DNA of 64,000 nucleotides, from the NCBI GenBank assembly GCA_964016885.1, contig OZ024751.1:6262001-6326000 (forward strand), written 5' to 3'. How positions within the stretch are numbered: position 1 is the first letter of the stretch; each line of letters opens with the position of its first letter. Of this stretch, positions 11,707 to 22,911 are shown piece after piece. Source of the DNA: Eledone cirrhosa. Taxonomy: Eukaryota. The notes under the pieces were generated by a model, which was not told the DNA's origin, searched no databases, and saw nothing but the letters and a program-made list of their open reading frames with translations. The position numbers and the translations under genes were made by a program.

Positions 11707-12109
11707 CTTAGAATAAAATAATCAACTCTGTACAGTTCCTTAGTGGAGGGAGCACACCTTTTGGTAGAGACAAATAATGTTATAAATCAGGTTATGTTTT
11801 TGCCTCGTGCGAGCCATACAAAAGGTCACTGAGGGCAAAAGGCGACACTGATTTGAAATTACAGCAAAATTACGCACCTGCGAGCCTTTTCCCCCAGTTC
11901 AAAAATGCAGGTGGCCACAGACCTACATTTTTGAACTGGGAGAAAAGGCTCGCAGTATGGGGACAATTAACCACACAACCACCACCAGTACCGGCCGCAG
12001 AAACACCAATTGAACCACCACCAGCAACAAAATCAACTTAGGGAGAAGACGAGGAAAGATCTCTCCCTCCCCTCCCCAAGAAATCCACACATAAACACAT
12101 AAACATAAG

Positions 12110-12365
12110 AAAATAACACTGATACCTAGATGTGACTGCCACCAGCGAGGCCAGTATTTCCGAGGCGCGCGCAATAGCCCTAAATTTCGATGATCATCAG
12201 ATCTTCGCATCTCGGCCGGGAATGGGGGTTGGAGTGCTGTTTAGGAAAGGCCTGGATCTCAAGGTAAGGTTTATCTTCCTGGATCCGGACAGTAAGTTGA
12301 TGATCCTGGAAGTGAGCAATAACGAAGGTGGTGCCTTTAGACGTTTGGCCGTCTACGCCCCGACC
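12110..12365 (+). pseudogene. Diverged Tx1 APE endonuclease fragment (ORF1-like remnant upstream from ~11850)
   Basis: ISEARA...GVGVLFRKGLDL...IFLDPDSKL...LAVYAPT aligns with the N-terminus of 3102-6521. Confidence 0.8.
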
Positions 12366-12372
12366 AGGATCC

Positions 12373-12492
12373 GTAGAGGGTCGGACAACATGCTGCATGG
12401 TCTAGGGTACGGCCCTTTACGATATGAGAACAAATACTGCCAATGTTAACTTTGCCTTTCATCCATATGGGGTCGATAAAATAAATTACTAG
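12373..12492 (+). mobile_element. Degenerate SINE fragment
   Basis: GTAGAGGGTCGGAC...CTTTGCCTTTCATCC...GGGGTCGATAAAATAAA. Confidence 0.8.
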
Positions 12493-12496
12493 TCAA

Positions 12497-12968
12497 GGCT
12501 GGACTAATGTTCTTTAACCATCCTTGAAAACATTTTCAGATAGTACCTAGTGCGCCTATGACAATCGGGACTACCTTGATCTCATGACGGTCCCAAATCC
12601 TTTTAAACTCTCACTTTAAATCTTGGTATCGGTTAATTTTATCCTCCTCCTTTTCTTGCACTCTCGTGTCAAATGGGCAGGGTACATCTACAATCAGGCA
12701 TGATTATTTTTCCTTGTCCAAAACCACCAGGTCAGGCCTCTTGTGTTCTAATTTCTTGTCCGTCTGTATCCTGAAATCCCATAGCACCTTCACTTGATCG
12801 TTTTCTATTACCGACTCTGGCTTATGCTCATACCACTTCTCAGAATGTGGTAAAAGGTTTAGATTGCATAAATGCCAGTGAATCACCTTTCTTATTATAT
12901 CATGTCTCCAGCCTTTATAGTGAGTTTTCGCTAGGTGAATACATTCGGATACGATGTGAGCCACAGTT
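12497..12968 (-). pseudogene. R4-like family B RLE fragment, interrupted by the R2/28S block and resuming at ~16000-16078
   Basis: AHIVSEC..WRHD..WDFRIQTD..RPDLVV matches 23075-23543; 16000-16078 matches 23910-23985. Confidence 0.85.
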
Positions 12969-13198
12969 AAATAGGTTCACAAGAGTCACAGGGTCGATTG
13001 TGCGGACCTGTCGGTGTGTAATTCCATCGGGACCCGGAGCCGAATGGGAACTCATACACCTACGCGCACCTACAACTCAAACGTGGTGAACGGACGCAAA
13101 AGCGGTCCCGGGTAGGAAAACCTACCTGAATAGACCGACTCGATGTCGGCCATAGGGACAGGGCATACCCCTACTTCTCCTCCCCTAAAATTGCTGTA

Positions 13199-13199
<1 letters not shown>

Positions 13200-13231
<32 letters not shown>

Positions 13232-13240
13232 AGTTGATAT
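13200..13240 (-). rRNA. 28S rDNA fragment lying just upstream of the R2 site, inverted, non-functional
   Basis: Minus strand AAGCGCGGGTAAACGGCGGGAGTAACTATGAC matches the conserved LSU sequence that precedes TCTCTTAAGG/TAGC. Confidence 0.9.
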
Positions 13241-13260
13241 GTTCAGTCGTATATCGTTAA

Positions 13261-15801
13261 TACACCAGGCTTCTCTTCAAAAGAATGTTTCAGTTAAGCC
13301 CTCTGAACCCTGCCCAAAGAGGGTTCATCGATGCTTACGGTTGCAGTGAGAATTTATTCTTACTGTGACAGCTTCTTGGGCGTAGCATGGGGGGACCAGC
13401 TCGATCGAGGATTCGGAGGTTGGATGTTACCTTCTTGGATCTGGCTAAGGCTTTTGATACTGTCCCGCATTCACTTGCGATTGCGGGCATGAGGAGGCTT
13501 GGCTTTCACGAACATTTGGTCGATGTCCTGAAGGGTTTGTACGAAGGGTGCGTCACAAAATTCTCGGTCGGAGCGGAAACAAGCAGAGCCATTGAAATCA
13601 ATCGAGGTGTCTGGGAAGGAGACGCTCTCTCACCCCTGCCCTTCAACATTGCCACGGATCCAGTGATGGACGCCCTATCTATCTTCTGTGGCATACAGGT
13701 TGGAGATGTAGGGTTATCGAGCTTGGCGTATGCGGATGATAATGCCCTAGTAGCACTCCGGTGGAGATGCAGCGTTTAGTTGACAGATGCGTGTCGTTTT
13801 ACCGGGCGGTGGGGCTAGCTATGAATATCTCTAAATGCGCTTTGTGTTCGGTGAAAGCGTGGGGTAAGTCTTTCTTGGTCAACACTGACTCTCCTCCAGA
13901 GATCGATGGAAATCAGCTCTTGAGGATCGATCCTGCAGAGATGTTTCTACTTAGTGGTTAAAGACGGCCCGTGATCGAACGCCAAGATGAACGTTTCGGT
14001 GGAGCAGGTGTCGCAGTGTATCGATAAGATATTCTGTGCTCCACTGAAACTCCGACAGAAATTCCATCTTATGCAGCAATTTTACCTCCCAAGATTGTTA
14101 TACACTCTATCTCATGTATTACCTGGCAGGAGTAATCTTGAAGCGCTGGACACGGCTATTCGCGCGGGGGCCCGTATGATGCGGCATCTTCATGATTTGA
14201 CCCCCGTTTCCTTCCTCAATAGTAGTACATGAGATGATGGGTTAAATCTTTGCCAGCTGGCGAAGATGATACCCACCAGACTCAATGTATGACGCTTTAT
14301 GTCTGAGTCTGTTGGTCTCGCTACGCGGAATATTGAGATAACGTTACGCTACGGTCTGCCGCCAATTCCGCCGGGTGCAGCCACGCACACGCCTGGATTC
14401 CGCCGGGAGCACGCCTAGACGTGGGCCTCTCAGCCCGTCCAGGGTGCGTGTGCGAGGTCATTTCGGGAAGACCAGATCGGCAACGATTGGCTGTCCCGCC
14501 CGTGTGATTTCTGAGGGAAGGTATTTGAGTTGTCTCAAATTGCGAATCAATACGTATCCCATCGAGGAATGCCTGACGATGGGGAGGTCGTGGACCGAAG
14601 GCCTGCAGACGCTGTAAGGCAGCTGCGGGAACAATCGTACACATCAGTAGCCAGTGCCCTCTTTTCAAAAGAAAGCTTTTGGCCAGGCATGATTAGCTAT
14701 GTCGACTGAGTGCGGGTGAGAGCATACGCCACGGTTGGATGGTAGGCTGGAAGCTTTCCTACCGTGTGGATGACATGAGGCTCATACCGGATCTGGTATT
14801 GAGGAGGTCGGGGACTACGTTGATACTGGATGTCATGGTGAGATACGAGCAAGGCAGCGGCGGAAAAAGTGGATAAGTACCGTCCGTTGACCGCCTTAAT
14901 AGCGAATGAAACAGGTGGAAGAGTCGAGGTACACGGCTGTCCCATCGGGTGTGTGGGGCTTGGTCAAACGCGGCTAATGAGGCGATGTCTTCTCTCGGGA
15001 TCGTGAACGATGCCTTTAAGAGACTTCTGTGCCGTCGTGCGAGATAGCGACGTTGGACATGCAGCATTGACGGATGATCCCGAGAGTCCATTAGGGTCGG
15101 ATGGATTGGTTTCATGTCAACGTGGCTGAAATGGGCTCCGGACGGTCTCGTGGAGCTTTGGTCGAAGATCAATCCGGCTGATGCCGGCGTGTCGACACGC
15201 TCGCAGCCTGGGAGACTCTGGGTACTATTGCGAGTCCCCCCCCGCTGTGACAGCCTCTTATTTGGCTCCTCGATGGTCCTATGGAAACCTACGGGATCCG
15301 GGAAGGAGGGTGATTGGCTCATTTCTTTTTATGTAAACGACAGCGCGTGGGAGGGTCCTCGATTTCTTTTTTTATTTTGTTTTCGATTAACCTGATACTG
15401 TCATGGTAATAGTGAGCGGCCGGATGAATGAATCCTGTTTGGAGAATTAAGACACCTCCGCCGTTACCGCTAGTCTGGGTGTCAGCATTGGGCACGTCGT
15501 AGTACGCCCCCAGCCACCCTTCTGCCGGGAAACGCATTCGTCTACTTTATTATTATCTCTAATTAACAGGTTTCCTCGTTTGTACTAATGTTATTCTCGT
15601 TCAAAAGAAGATAAACCTCTACGCGCGCTGAGGGCAAACGTCCGAGTGGAGCTAGGACACCTAGTATACAGATAGGACTTTTTTTTACACCGAAGGGGCA
15701 GTGGGTGCGTCGATATGTGCGTCTGCTATCGCAGTGGCTCGTGGGACCACCCACATACAAAAATAAAGGAAAAGGGAACTCGCTATAGAGTACTAGTGAA
15801 C
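13261..15801 (+). mobile_element. Decayed 5'-truncated R2 retrotransposon (RT, zinc knuckle, RLE, 3' UTR)
   Basis: QRGF..GCSEN, FLDLAKAFDTVPH, GDALSP, AYADD, LKLRINTYP, RHD, IPDLV; 3' end abuts 28S at the canonical R2 site. Confidence 0.88.
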
Positions 15802-15997
15802 TAGCAAAGTGCCTTGTCATCTAATTAATATGCGGATGATCGGATCAACGAGATTCCCACTGTCGCTATCTACAGTCTAGCGAAACCACAGCTAAGGGAA
15901 CGGGCTTGGACGGATAGGCGGGGAAAGAAGACCCTGTTGAGGTTGATTCTAGTCTGGTTTTGTGAGGGCACACGGTAGAACTTGCATAGGTGGGAGC
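15802..15997 (+). rRNA. 28S rDNA fragment downstream of the R2 site (pseudogene)
   Basis: TAGCAAAGTGCCTTGTCATCTAATT...GAGATTCCCACTGTC...GCGAAACCACAGC...GGGGAAAGAAGACCCTGTTGAG resembles conserved LSU rRNA. Confidence 0.92.
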
Positions 15998-16078
15998 GTT
16001 ATTGAGACTCTCCTCTTCCACCTTCAGATCTCTTTAACTAGATTGTTTCAACATCACTCCTCTTGTGGAACATGCTTG

Positions 16079-16560
16079 TATTATTATTGTTCTTTGAGTC
16101 TCAGTTATTGACGTTATTGAACTGGAAAGTTTGTAGAAATGAATATAAAGCAGCTACCTGCAGCCTCAGATATTCGGGACGTATCGGAGGGCTCTTGCTG
16201 TTCCCAGCAAGCATGCCTTTTGAAGTGTTCCAAAAAGCGGGGCTGGACTAATCGTTTTAACCATCCTTGGAAACTCTTTGAGATAGTACCTAGTGCGCAT
16301 ATGATAATCGGGACGACCTTGATTTCATGGCAGTTCCAAATCCTTTTTAACTCCCACTTTAAGTCCTGGTATCGGTTAATTTTTTCCCTCTCCTTTTCTT
16401 GCACTCTCGTGTCAAATGGGCAGGCTACATCTACAATCAGGCACGATATTTTTTCCTAGTCCAAAACCACCAGGTCAGGCCTATTGTGTTCTAATTTCTT
16501 GTCCGTCAGTATCCTAAAATCCCATAGCACCTTCACCTGATCGTTTTCTATTACCGACTG
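16079..16560 (-). mobile_element. R4-like family B 3' fragment with short TAA tail
   Basis: QEKEREKINRYQDLKWE..IWNC; 3' UTR matches 22921-23000. Confidence 0.88.
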
Positions 16561-18050
16561 ATGGGCCTGCAGCTCAGCACCTGGAGAGGCAGGTCCATTC
16601 CGTCCAACAGCGTCGTCGGGCGCTGGACGGATGGATAAATTGCTAGGGGTCTGATTCGGTTCCAACCTCCAGACGGACAAAAACTGGTAACGAGAAATGG
16701 AAATAGAGGAACTATCCCTGAAAGGTCGAGCCGAGGTGGCGAATGCGTACATCGCGTCCGTCATCTACTACCGCCTGACCGTGGTGCCTTGTCCTAAGCC
16801 TCGCCTGACTGCGCTGGAGCGTTTGCTCTTTCGCTTTTTGTGGAAGGAACGCGTTCCGATGTTCAGGCGCTCCATCTGCTGTCAACACCCGCTAATTGAA
16901 GGGCTAGGTATGCCGTGGCTTATGATGCGCAGACACACGCTCAGGCTACGACATCTCCACCTCTTCATCGACGGTGATTAGGTGTGGGCGCCGTTTGCTA
17001 GACGCGTTTCCCCAGCTCGTCTCCTTGAATGAGCTGCAGGCCTGGGTCAAGCGAAGACTGAGAGGGAGCGCTTGGAGACTGGAATGTCTTCAGGCGCTTA
17101 CAGACCTCGATCAGTCGGCAATGCGATAGGTGGAAACTCCACCTTGTCATTCTATATTAGATTAGTGGAGGGGAAGAGCGACGACGTACTTGGGGAGACT
17201 CTGGGTGTCAACGAAAATCAACTAGCCAATCTTTTCTGGAGAACTTTCGGGCTGGGGCGTATGGACAACTTCCAGAAATCCCTGGCCTGGCAGTGCTACC
17301 GAGGAGCCTTGCCAGTTCGGGATAAACTCTACAGGCATGGAAGTGCCGTCAGCCGGGCATGTCCGAGATGCACGCAGGGCGACGAAACCTTCCTGCACGC
17401 ACTCATCCAGTGTCCGAGCATTGCTGACTTGTGGGTTTATGTCGAACACTTGCTGTCGCGTGAAGCACAGATCCGGCTATCAGCTGAGTCCATCTTGAGG
17501 GTTGCCCCGCCATCTTCCTTTAGCCTGGAAGGGCAGGCAGTTTTTTGTCTGGTGGCCATGGCGAAAGAGATAGTGTGGTAGACGTGTTTGAAAGAGCTGA
17601 AGATGAGCACTTACCTCTTCGGTGATGCCCTGATTAACTTTTTCAAATTTCATTTCAAAAGGAAAATCAGGGTAGCGAGGGAAGTACTCTCTTCTCAGTA
17701 TTTTGTTGAAAGATGGGTGAGAGAGGCAAGCATAGCCCGAGTGAATACTCTCAGTATGTGCCTGCAAATTAAAGGCGGAAAACTGGGAGAGGGCACTTGC
17801 CCTGGTGGTCAGGGTCACCGTGGCCTTTTTAATGGGCATTCTCCACGAATGTCCCTCGTAAGTCTCCCCCTTGTTGGGGAATTTTTCATTGTATCTTTTT
17901 TTGTTACATCCTCTATTTTTATTTTTTTTACACCCAAAAATGCCCATATGTATCTTCCTGTATTGCTCTGCATCCTCCTTAAAGTTTTACTTTGTGTCAA
18001 CCCTTGTGGTTAACAAAGAAAGCATTATTATTATTATTATTATTATTATT
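16561..18050 (+). mobile_element. Tx1 3' fragment with (TTA)n tail
   Basis: LSLKGRAEVANAYIAS...CPRC matches the ORF2 C-terminus; ends CCCTTGTGGTTAACAAAGAAAGCATTATT. Confidence 0.9.
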
Positions 18051-21000
18051 ACAGTTGCATTTATCTTGCTTTATGTTCATACGAGTTATCACCAAGTCAC
18101 AACCAGTGACCTCAAGAGACAACAAGGTCCGCCATGTTCAAGAAAGAACATACATACTCACACATGCATCTTTAGTGTTTAGACTTGTGATGTACTTATA
18201 TTGACAGAATCTTCCTTAGTATATGTGCAGTTCCCATTAGTACTATCTTTTGTATTTCTCCTACACGCGGGTTTCCTGGGATTTGCGATAAGTAATCATT
18301 AGACCCCTTAGGTATCATTCCCAGAGCGCCTACAACCACTGGTATTGTTTTAGTTCTCAATTTCCACATTTTTCCAATTTCTATCTCCAGGTCCTTATAC
18401 TTGCTCAATTTTTCAAATGTTTTTATAAATACATTCTTGTCTATTGGAACAGACATATCAATTAGCAGGCATATCCTCTTTTTAAAGTTCTTCAATATTA
18501 TATCAGGTCTATTTGCATCTATTTTTTGGTCTGTTTGGATGCTAAAGTTCCACAAGATTGAGATGTGATCTTTTTCAAGTATGGGAGGTGGTTGATGCTC
18601 CCACCAATTCTTTTGATGGAGCAGGTCAAAATGCTTACACATTATCCAATGTATGTATTGTGCAGCTCTGTCATGCCTGTTTAGGTATTCGGTTGGAGCT
18701 ATAGGACTGCACATTGAAATTATATGGTCAATGGTCTCAGGTTGTTTTTTGCATACACGGCATAATGGGCTGCATCCATTTTTTATTATGTTGGCTTGGT
18801 AATTTTTTGTTGGCAGACACTGATCTTGTGCTGATATAATCAGTCCTTCAGTCTCCGATTTCAGTCCAGAGGATGCCAACCACTGATGGGTTAAAGTTTT
18901 GTCAACATCAGGATTGTTAGCTCGCTCTGGGTATTTTCCATACAGAGGCTTTTCTTGCCATTTCTTAGCCAGTTTCTGTAGCAGTTCTTTCTTTGCAGTT
19001 ACTTTTACCTTCTTTGCTTTTTCTGTGTTTTCCATTTCAGCAGTAAAGGCGACTTCTGAAATTTGTAGTCCATTACTGTATCTTTGTGCATCTTTTGTAA
19101 TGGAATATGATTTTTGATGCTTTCGTGTTTCGAAACGAGTTTGATCATCCAATCATGTGATTCCCTTAGATATGTAGATAATCCGATTGTTGCAGTTTTC
19201 AACGCAATGTCTAACTGGATTAACCCACGTCCTCCTTCTTTCCTAGGGAGATATATTCTATCTATATCTGCCTTAGGGTGATGCATTCTGTGCATGGTTA
19301 AGAATTTTCGAATTTTTGTATCGAGCCTACGGATCTCTGTGCTTGACCAGTTGATGACATTGTAACTGTAGGTTACTACTGGTATGGCAAGCGTGTTTAT
19401 GGCATCGATCCTATTCCTTGCATTCAATTCCGTTCTTAAGATCTCTCTTACTCTGCGGTAACATTCCTTCCTTATCCTTTCCCTCATTGTCGAGTGCTTG
19501 ATTCCATCTCCTTCACAAACACCTAGATATTTGTAAGTTTTTTCTTGATCAAGTTCTCTTATCACGTTCCCCCGATCAAGATTAATGTCTGAACTCTTCA
19601 GCAGCTTTCCTCTGGTGAACGTTGCTTTGGCGCATTTATCTAGTCCAAACTCCATTTTAATGTCATCACTGAACTGCTCCACAGTGGATAATAGCCCTTG
19701 CAATTGTTCATCATTTTTTGCAAATAGTTTCAGGTCATCCATGTAGAACAGGTGATTAATGCTTTTGTCATAGACTTTATATCCATGTTTTGTTTCATTG
19801 AGCATTTTACTTAATGGTATAAGTGCGATGCAGAATAAAAGCGGTGATAAAGAGTCACCCTGAAAAATTCCACAATTAATATTAACTTCTCCAGCTTCCA
19901 GTGATTTTGTTTCACTATTCAAAAGGAGTGTCGTTTTCCATGTCTTCATACTGAATGACAAAAACCTCCTGACAACGGGGGATATTTTGAAAATCTCTAA
20001 ACATTTTTCAATCCAACTGTGTGGCAAACTATCGAATGCTTTTTTATAATCTATCCAAGCAATCGATAGATTTTTGTGTCTATTATGACAATCTTCCAGT
20101 ATCATTTTGTTAACCAGAAGCTGATCCTTACAGCCATATGAGCCTCGTTTACACCCTTTCTGCTCAATGGGAAATAGGTCATTTGTTATCAGGTGGTCAT
20201 ATATGTATTCAGTTAGGACTGATGTTAAAATGTTATACATTGTGGTCAAGCAAGTTATCGGTCTGTAATTTTGGGGATTGTTTGTCTCATCATTCTTCGG
20301 AAGCAGGAATGTAATGCCGTTAACTAGCCATGATGGTATCTTTTCTGGCTCCTTAACTATTTCATTGAGACTCTGTGAAGGCATTTATCCAAAAGTTTTG
20401 CATTTTGTCTTTTCCTCGGGATTTCCATTTGCTGGTTTTTCTTAGAGCTAAGCGTAACTGTTCAACTGTTATATTTTCCCATATTTGTTCCTCAAGGTGA
20501 GCTGTATCTTTCATTCGTCTGTCTATCCATGGGGCATGTATGTTATGAACTTTTTCTTCGACCCAGATCTTTTCCCAGAATTCTTGCACTTCCTCCTTGG
20601 GTGGTATTGATTTAGCAGTTATTGTTGACTTACCAATTTTTCTGTAGAAGTTTCTTTGGTTGTTTTTGAACATATTATTGTTCTTATAGAATCTAGATCG
20701 TTTTTCAAAGCGCCTTATACGAGCAGCTTTGGCCGACACTTTTTGCTTGATTATTTCTATCAGCATGTCTATGTCACATGTTGATTTTATACTGTACTTT
20801 TTTTTCAATGTTCTAAGTTTAGTTTGTTTAACATGTTCACCTACTTTATAGTTTGTTAAAATTTCTATGTCAGATCGGAGAAGGTTTATTTGGCGATTGA
20901 TGTTCTCTTGCCAAGTAGATTTCTTGTGGGAATTCCTTTGTTTTTTCTATCTTCACTCCACATAAGTGAGTGGTGACTTTAGCCGATGCATAATAGAGAT

Positions 21001-22869
21001 GATTTAATTCAGTAATGTTTAGTTTGTTTGTGATGATAATGTTTTTGAGAATTATGTTAGTCTTGTGTATTATCTTTTGGTTCTGTTTGGAGTTCTGGAT
21101 CTTAGGGAGGGTGTCTCGTTGCCCCATGTCAGATTCTTTCATTTTCATCCATTCGATCATAATTTAATTCTTCAAGTTGGCAAGTTCATTCTCATTCATT
21201 TCTTTATCATTTACGATCTCATTATTTTCATTTGGAGTTTCATCCTGAGCATGCACTCCCTCCACTTTTTCGATCCTTTCTTTAATTTGTTCTGTTGCCA
21301 GTGATTCCGCCCCAACCATGGGATTCGAAGTGTTACAGTTTACCTCGTTTTCACTGACACATGTTTCATTTTCCCTTCGCTGACTTTGTGCTAATAGCTT
21401 GATCTGATCAATTTCTATATCAGTTAGTAACTTTTTTCTTACAATATTTCTTCGTATATTGGCTAGTTTGTTACTGTCAATATAGCCTCTGTTTTCGGGA
21501 TGTTTCTTTTTCCAGTTGATATATGTCTGTTCTGTATTCGATGTATTTGATGGGTAGTACATGGCAGTGTAGAAAGCCTCAAGGACTTCTTTATTATCTT
21601 CCCTTGACCATTTTTCTCTCTTTTTCTTTGGATTTCTTGGTGGTGAGCATGGAGGGCCAACAGTAGGAGTATTCCGTTTATGGGAGGTCTCCAGCTCCGA
21701 AGTGATGGGAAGGTTTGAACCATTAGCTGAGTTTTCGACCCCAGTCTCGTTCCTCTCTGAGGGACGCGGCCCTTTTTGACCCGGGTGACGGCCGATCCGG
21801 TATGAGATTTTATCATTAGACATTTACTTTATTTTGTCGCGTTTTATCCTTATCCGCCAAGGGGTAATCATTTCGTGTTACCACTTCTAGAACGAGAGTC
21901 AACCAAGACTAGAGGGGTCGTTCTCCCCTTGAGACACGGCTATTCCCCGCCGGCCGCCATCCCGGTATTTCTTGGTCACGAGGTTTTCTTTTTGTTGTTT
22001 TTTTTTAAATTGTTATTATCATGAGTGGTTCCTTAATGTGAGCATTGCGTGGCTTAAGAATGAAATTATTAATAATTGTCTCCACTCCAGGCACAAGGCC
22101 AGCAATCACCCAGTGCATTACAATAATATAATATACTTTTTGCTGTAGTTGCCTGTTATTGTTGTTGGCTATGTCGGTGGTGGTCCCGGGGCTTTTTATA
22201 TTGTTGGTGAGGAAGGGGTGAGCCAGCAGTCCCATAGTTGTTGATGTTGACGTTTGGCCGGTGGCCAGGTCACTAAGTCAATCTATTTATATATTTTGCT
22301 AGCCTCTCCCTTGTCTAGTGATACCGCCACCTTCCCCTTTCTCTTTCAAGTTAACAGGGTAATAGTGGTGGTAGCAATGAAGGAGTGGTGGCGGCGGCGA
22401 TGGGATAGTGGTAGCAATGATGGATGAGGTGGTGGCAGCGGTGGCGTTGTGGTTACTGATATGTAGTATCTATGAGTTTGTGTTCGTATGTTTAATATAT
22501 ATTGTGTTGACATATTCCCGTAAAATTGGAATTAAACATTTTGTTAAAATTTGAGACAATAATAATAGTAATTATTATTATGATGCTGGGATTGATGGTG
22601 GTGGTGGTGAAATTGCCGTTATCTGGCTGTTATATTTAGTGTGATGGGATAGGTGGTGTATCAAGTTTCTGGTGTTGGTGAAATTGCTGTTATTTGGCTG
22701 TTCTATATAGTGTAGACAGAGGTTGTTTTCTTCCATTTATAACCATTTTCTTTTTTTGCATACAAAATATATAATACAAAATTGAATATTTGAGCGATAT
22801 AACAATATAATATGGATCCGAAATTTTATGGGACTTCATTCGGTGGTTTATGCAACATTTGTACTAAGA

Positions 22870-22870
<1 letters not shown>
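18051..22870 (-). mobile_element. Near full-length R4/Dong-like element, family A
   Basis: Single ORF remnant 18196-21823, ~1-kb leader, 3' UTR ending in the (TAA)n shared tail-to-tail with the Tx1 fragment. Confidence 0.9.
18196..21823 (-). pseudogene. Family A RT-RLE polyprotein broken into five ORF pieces
   Basis: N-terminal REKWSRED..LANIRRNI region, YRPITCL, WIDYKKAFD, FQGDSLSP, YMDD, CRVC..H..C, RHD, RPD..D. Confidence 0.9.

Positions 22871-22911
<41 letters not shown>

Noticed and set aside
12969-13199. HDV-like ribozyme at the putative R2 5' end
   Set aside because: Hairpins are present but I could not assign P1, P1.1, P3 and J4/2 consistently by eye.
15802-15997. Functional rRNA gene
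   Set aside because: Under 200 bp, flanked by retroelements, no rDNA unit context.
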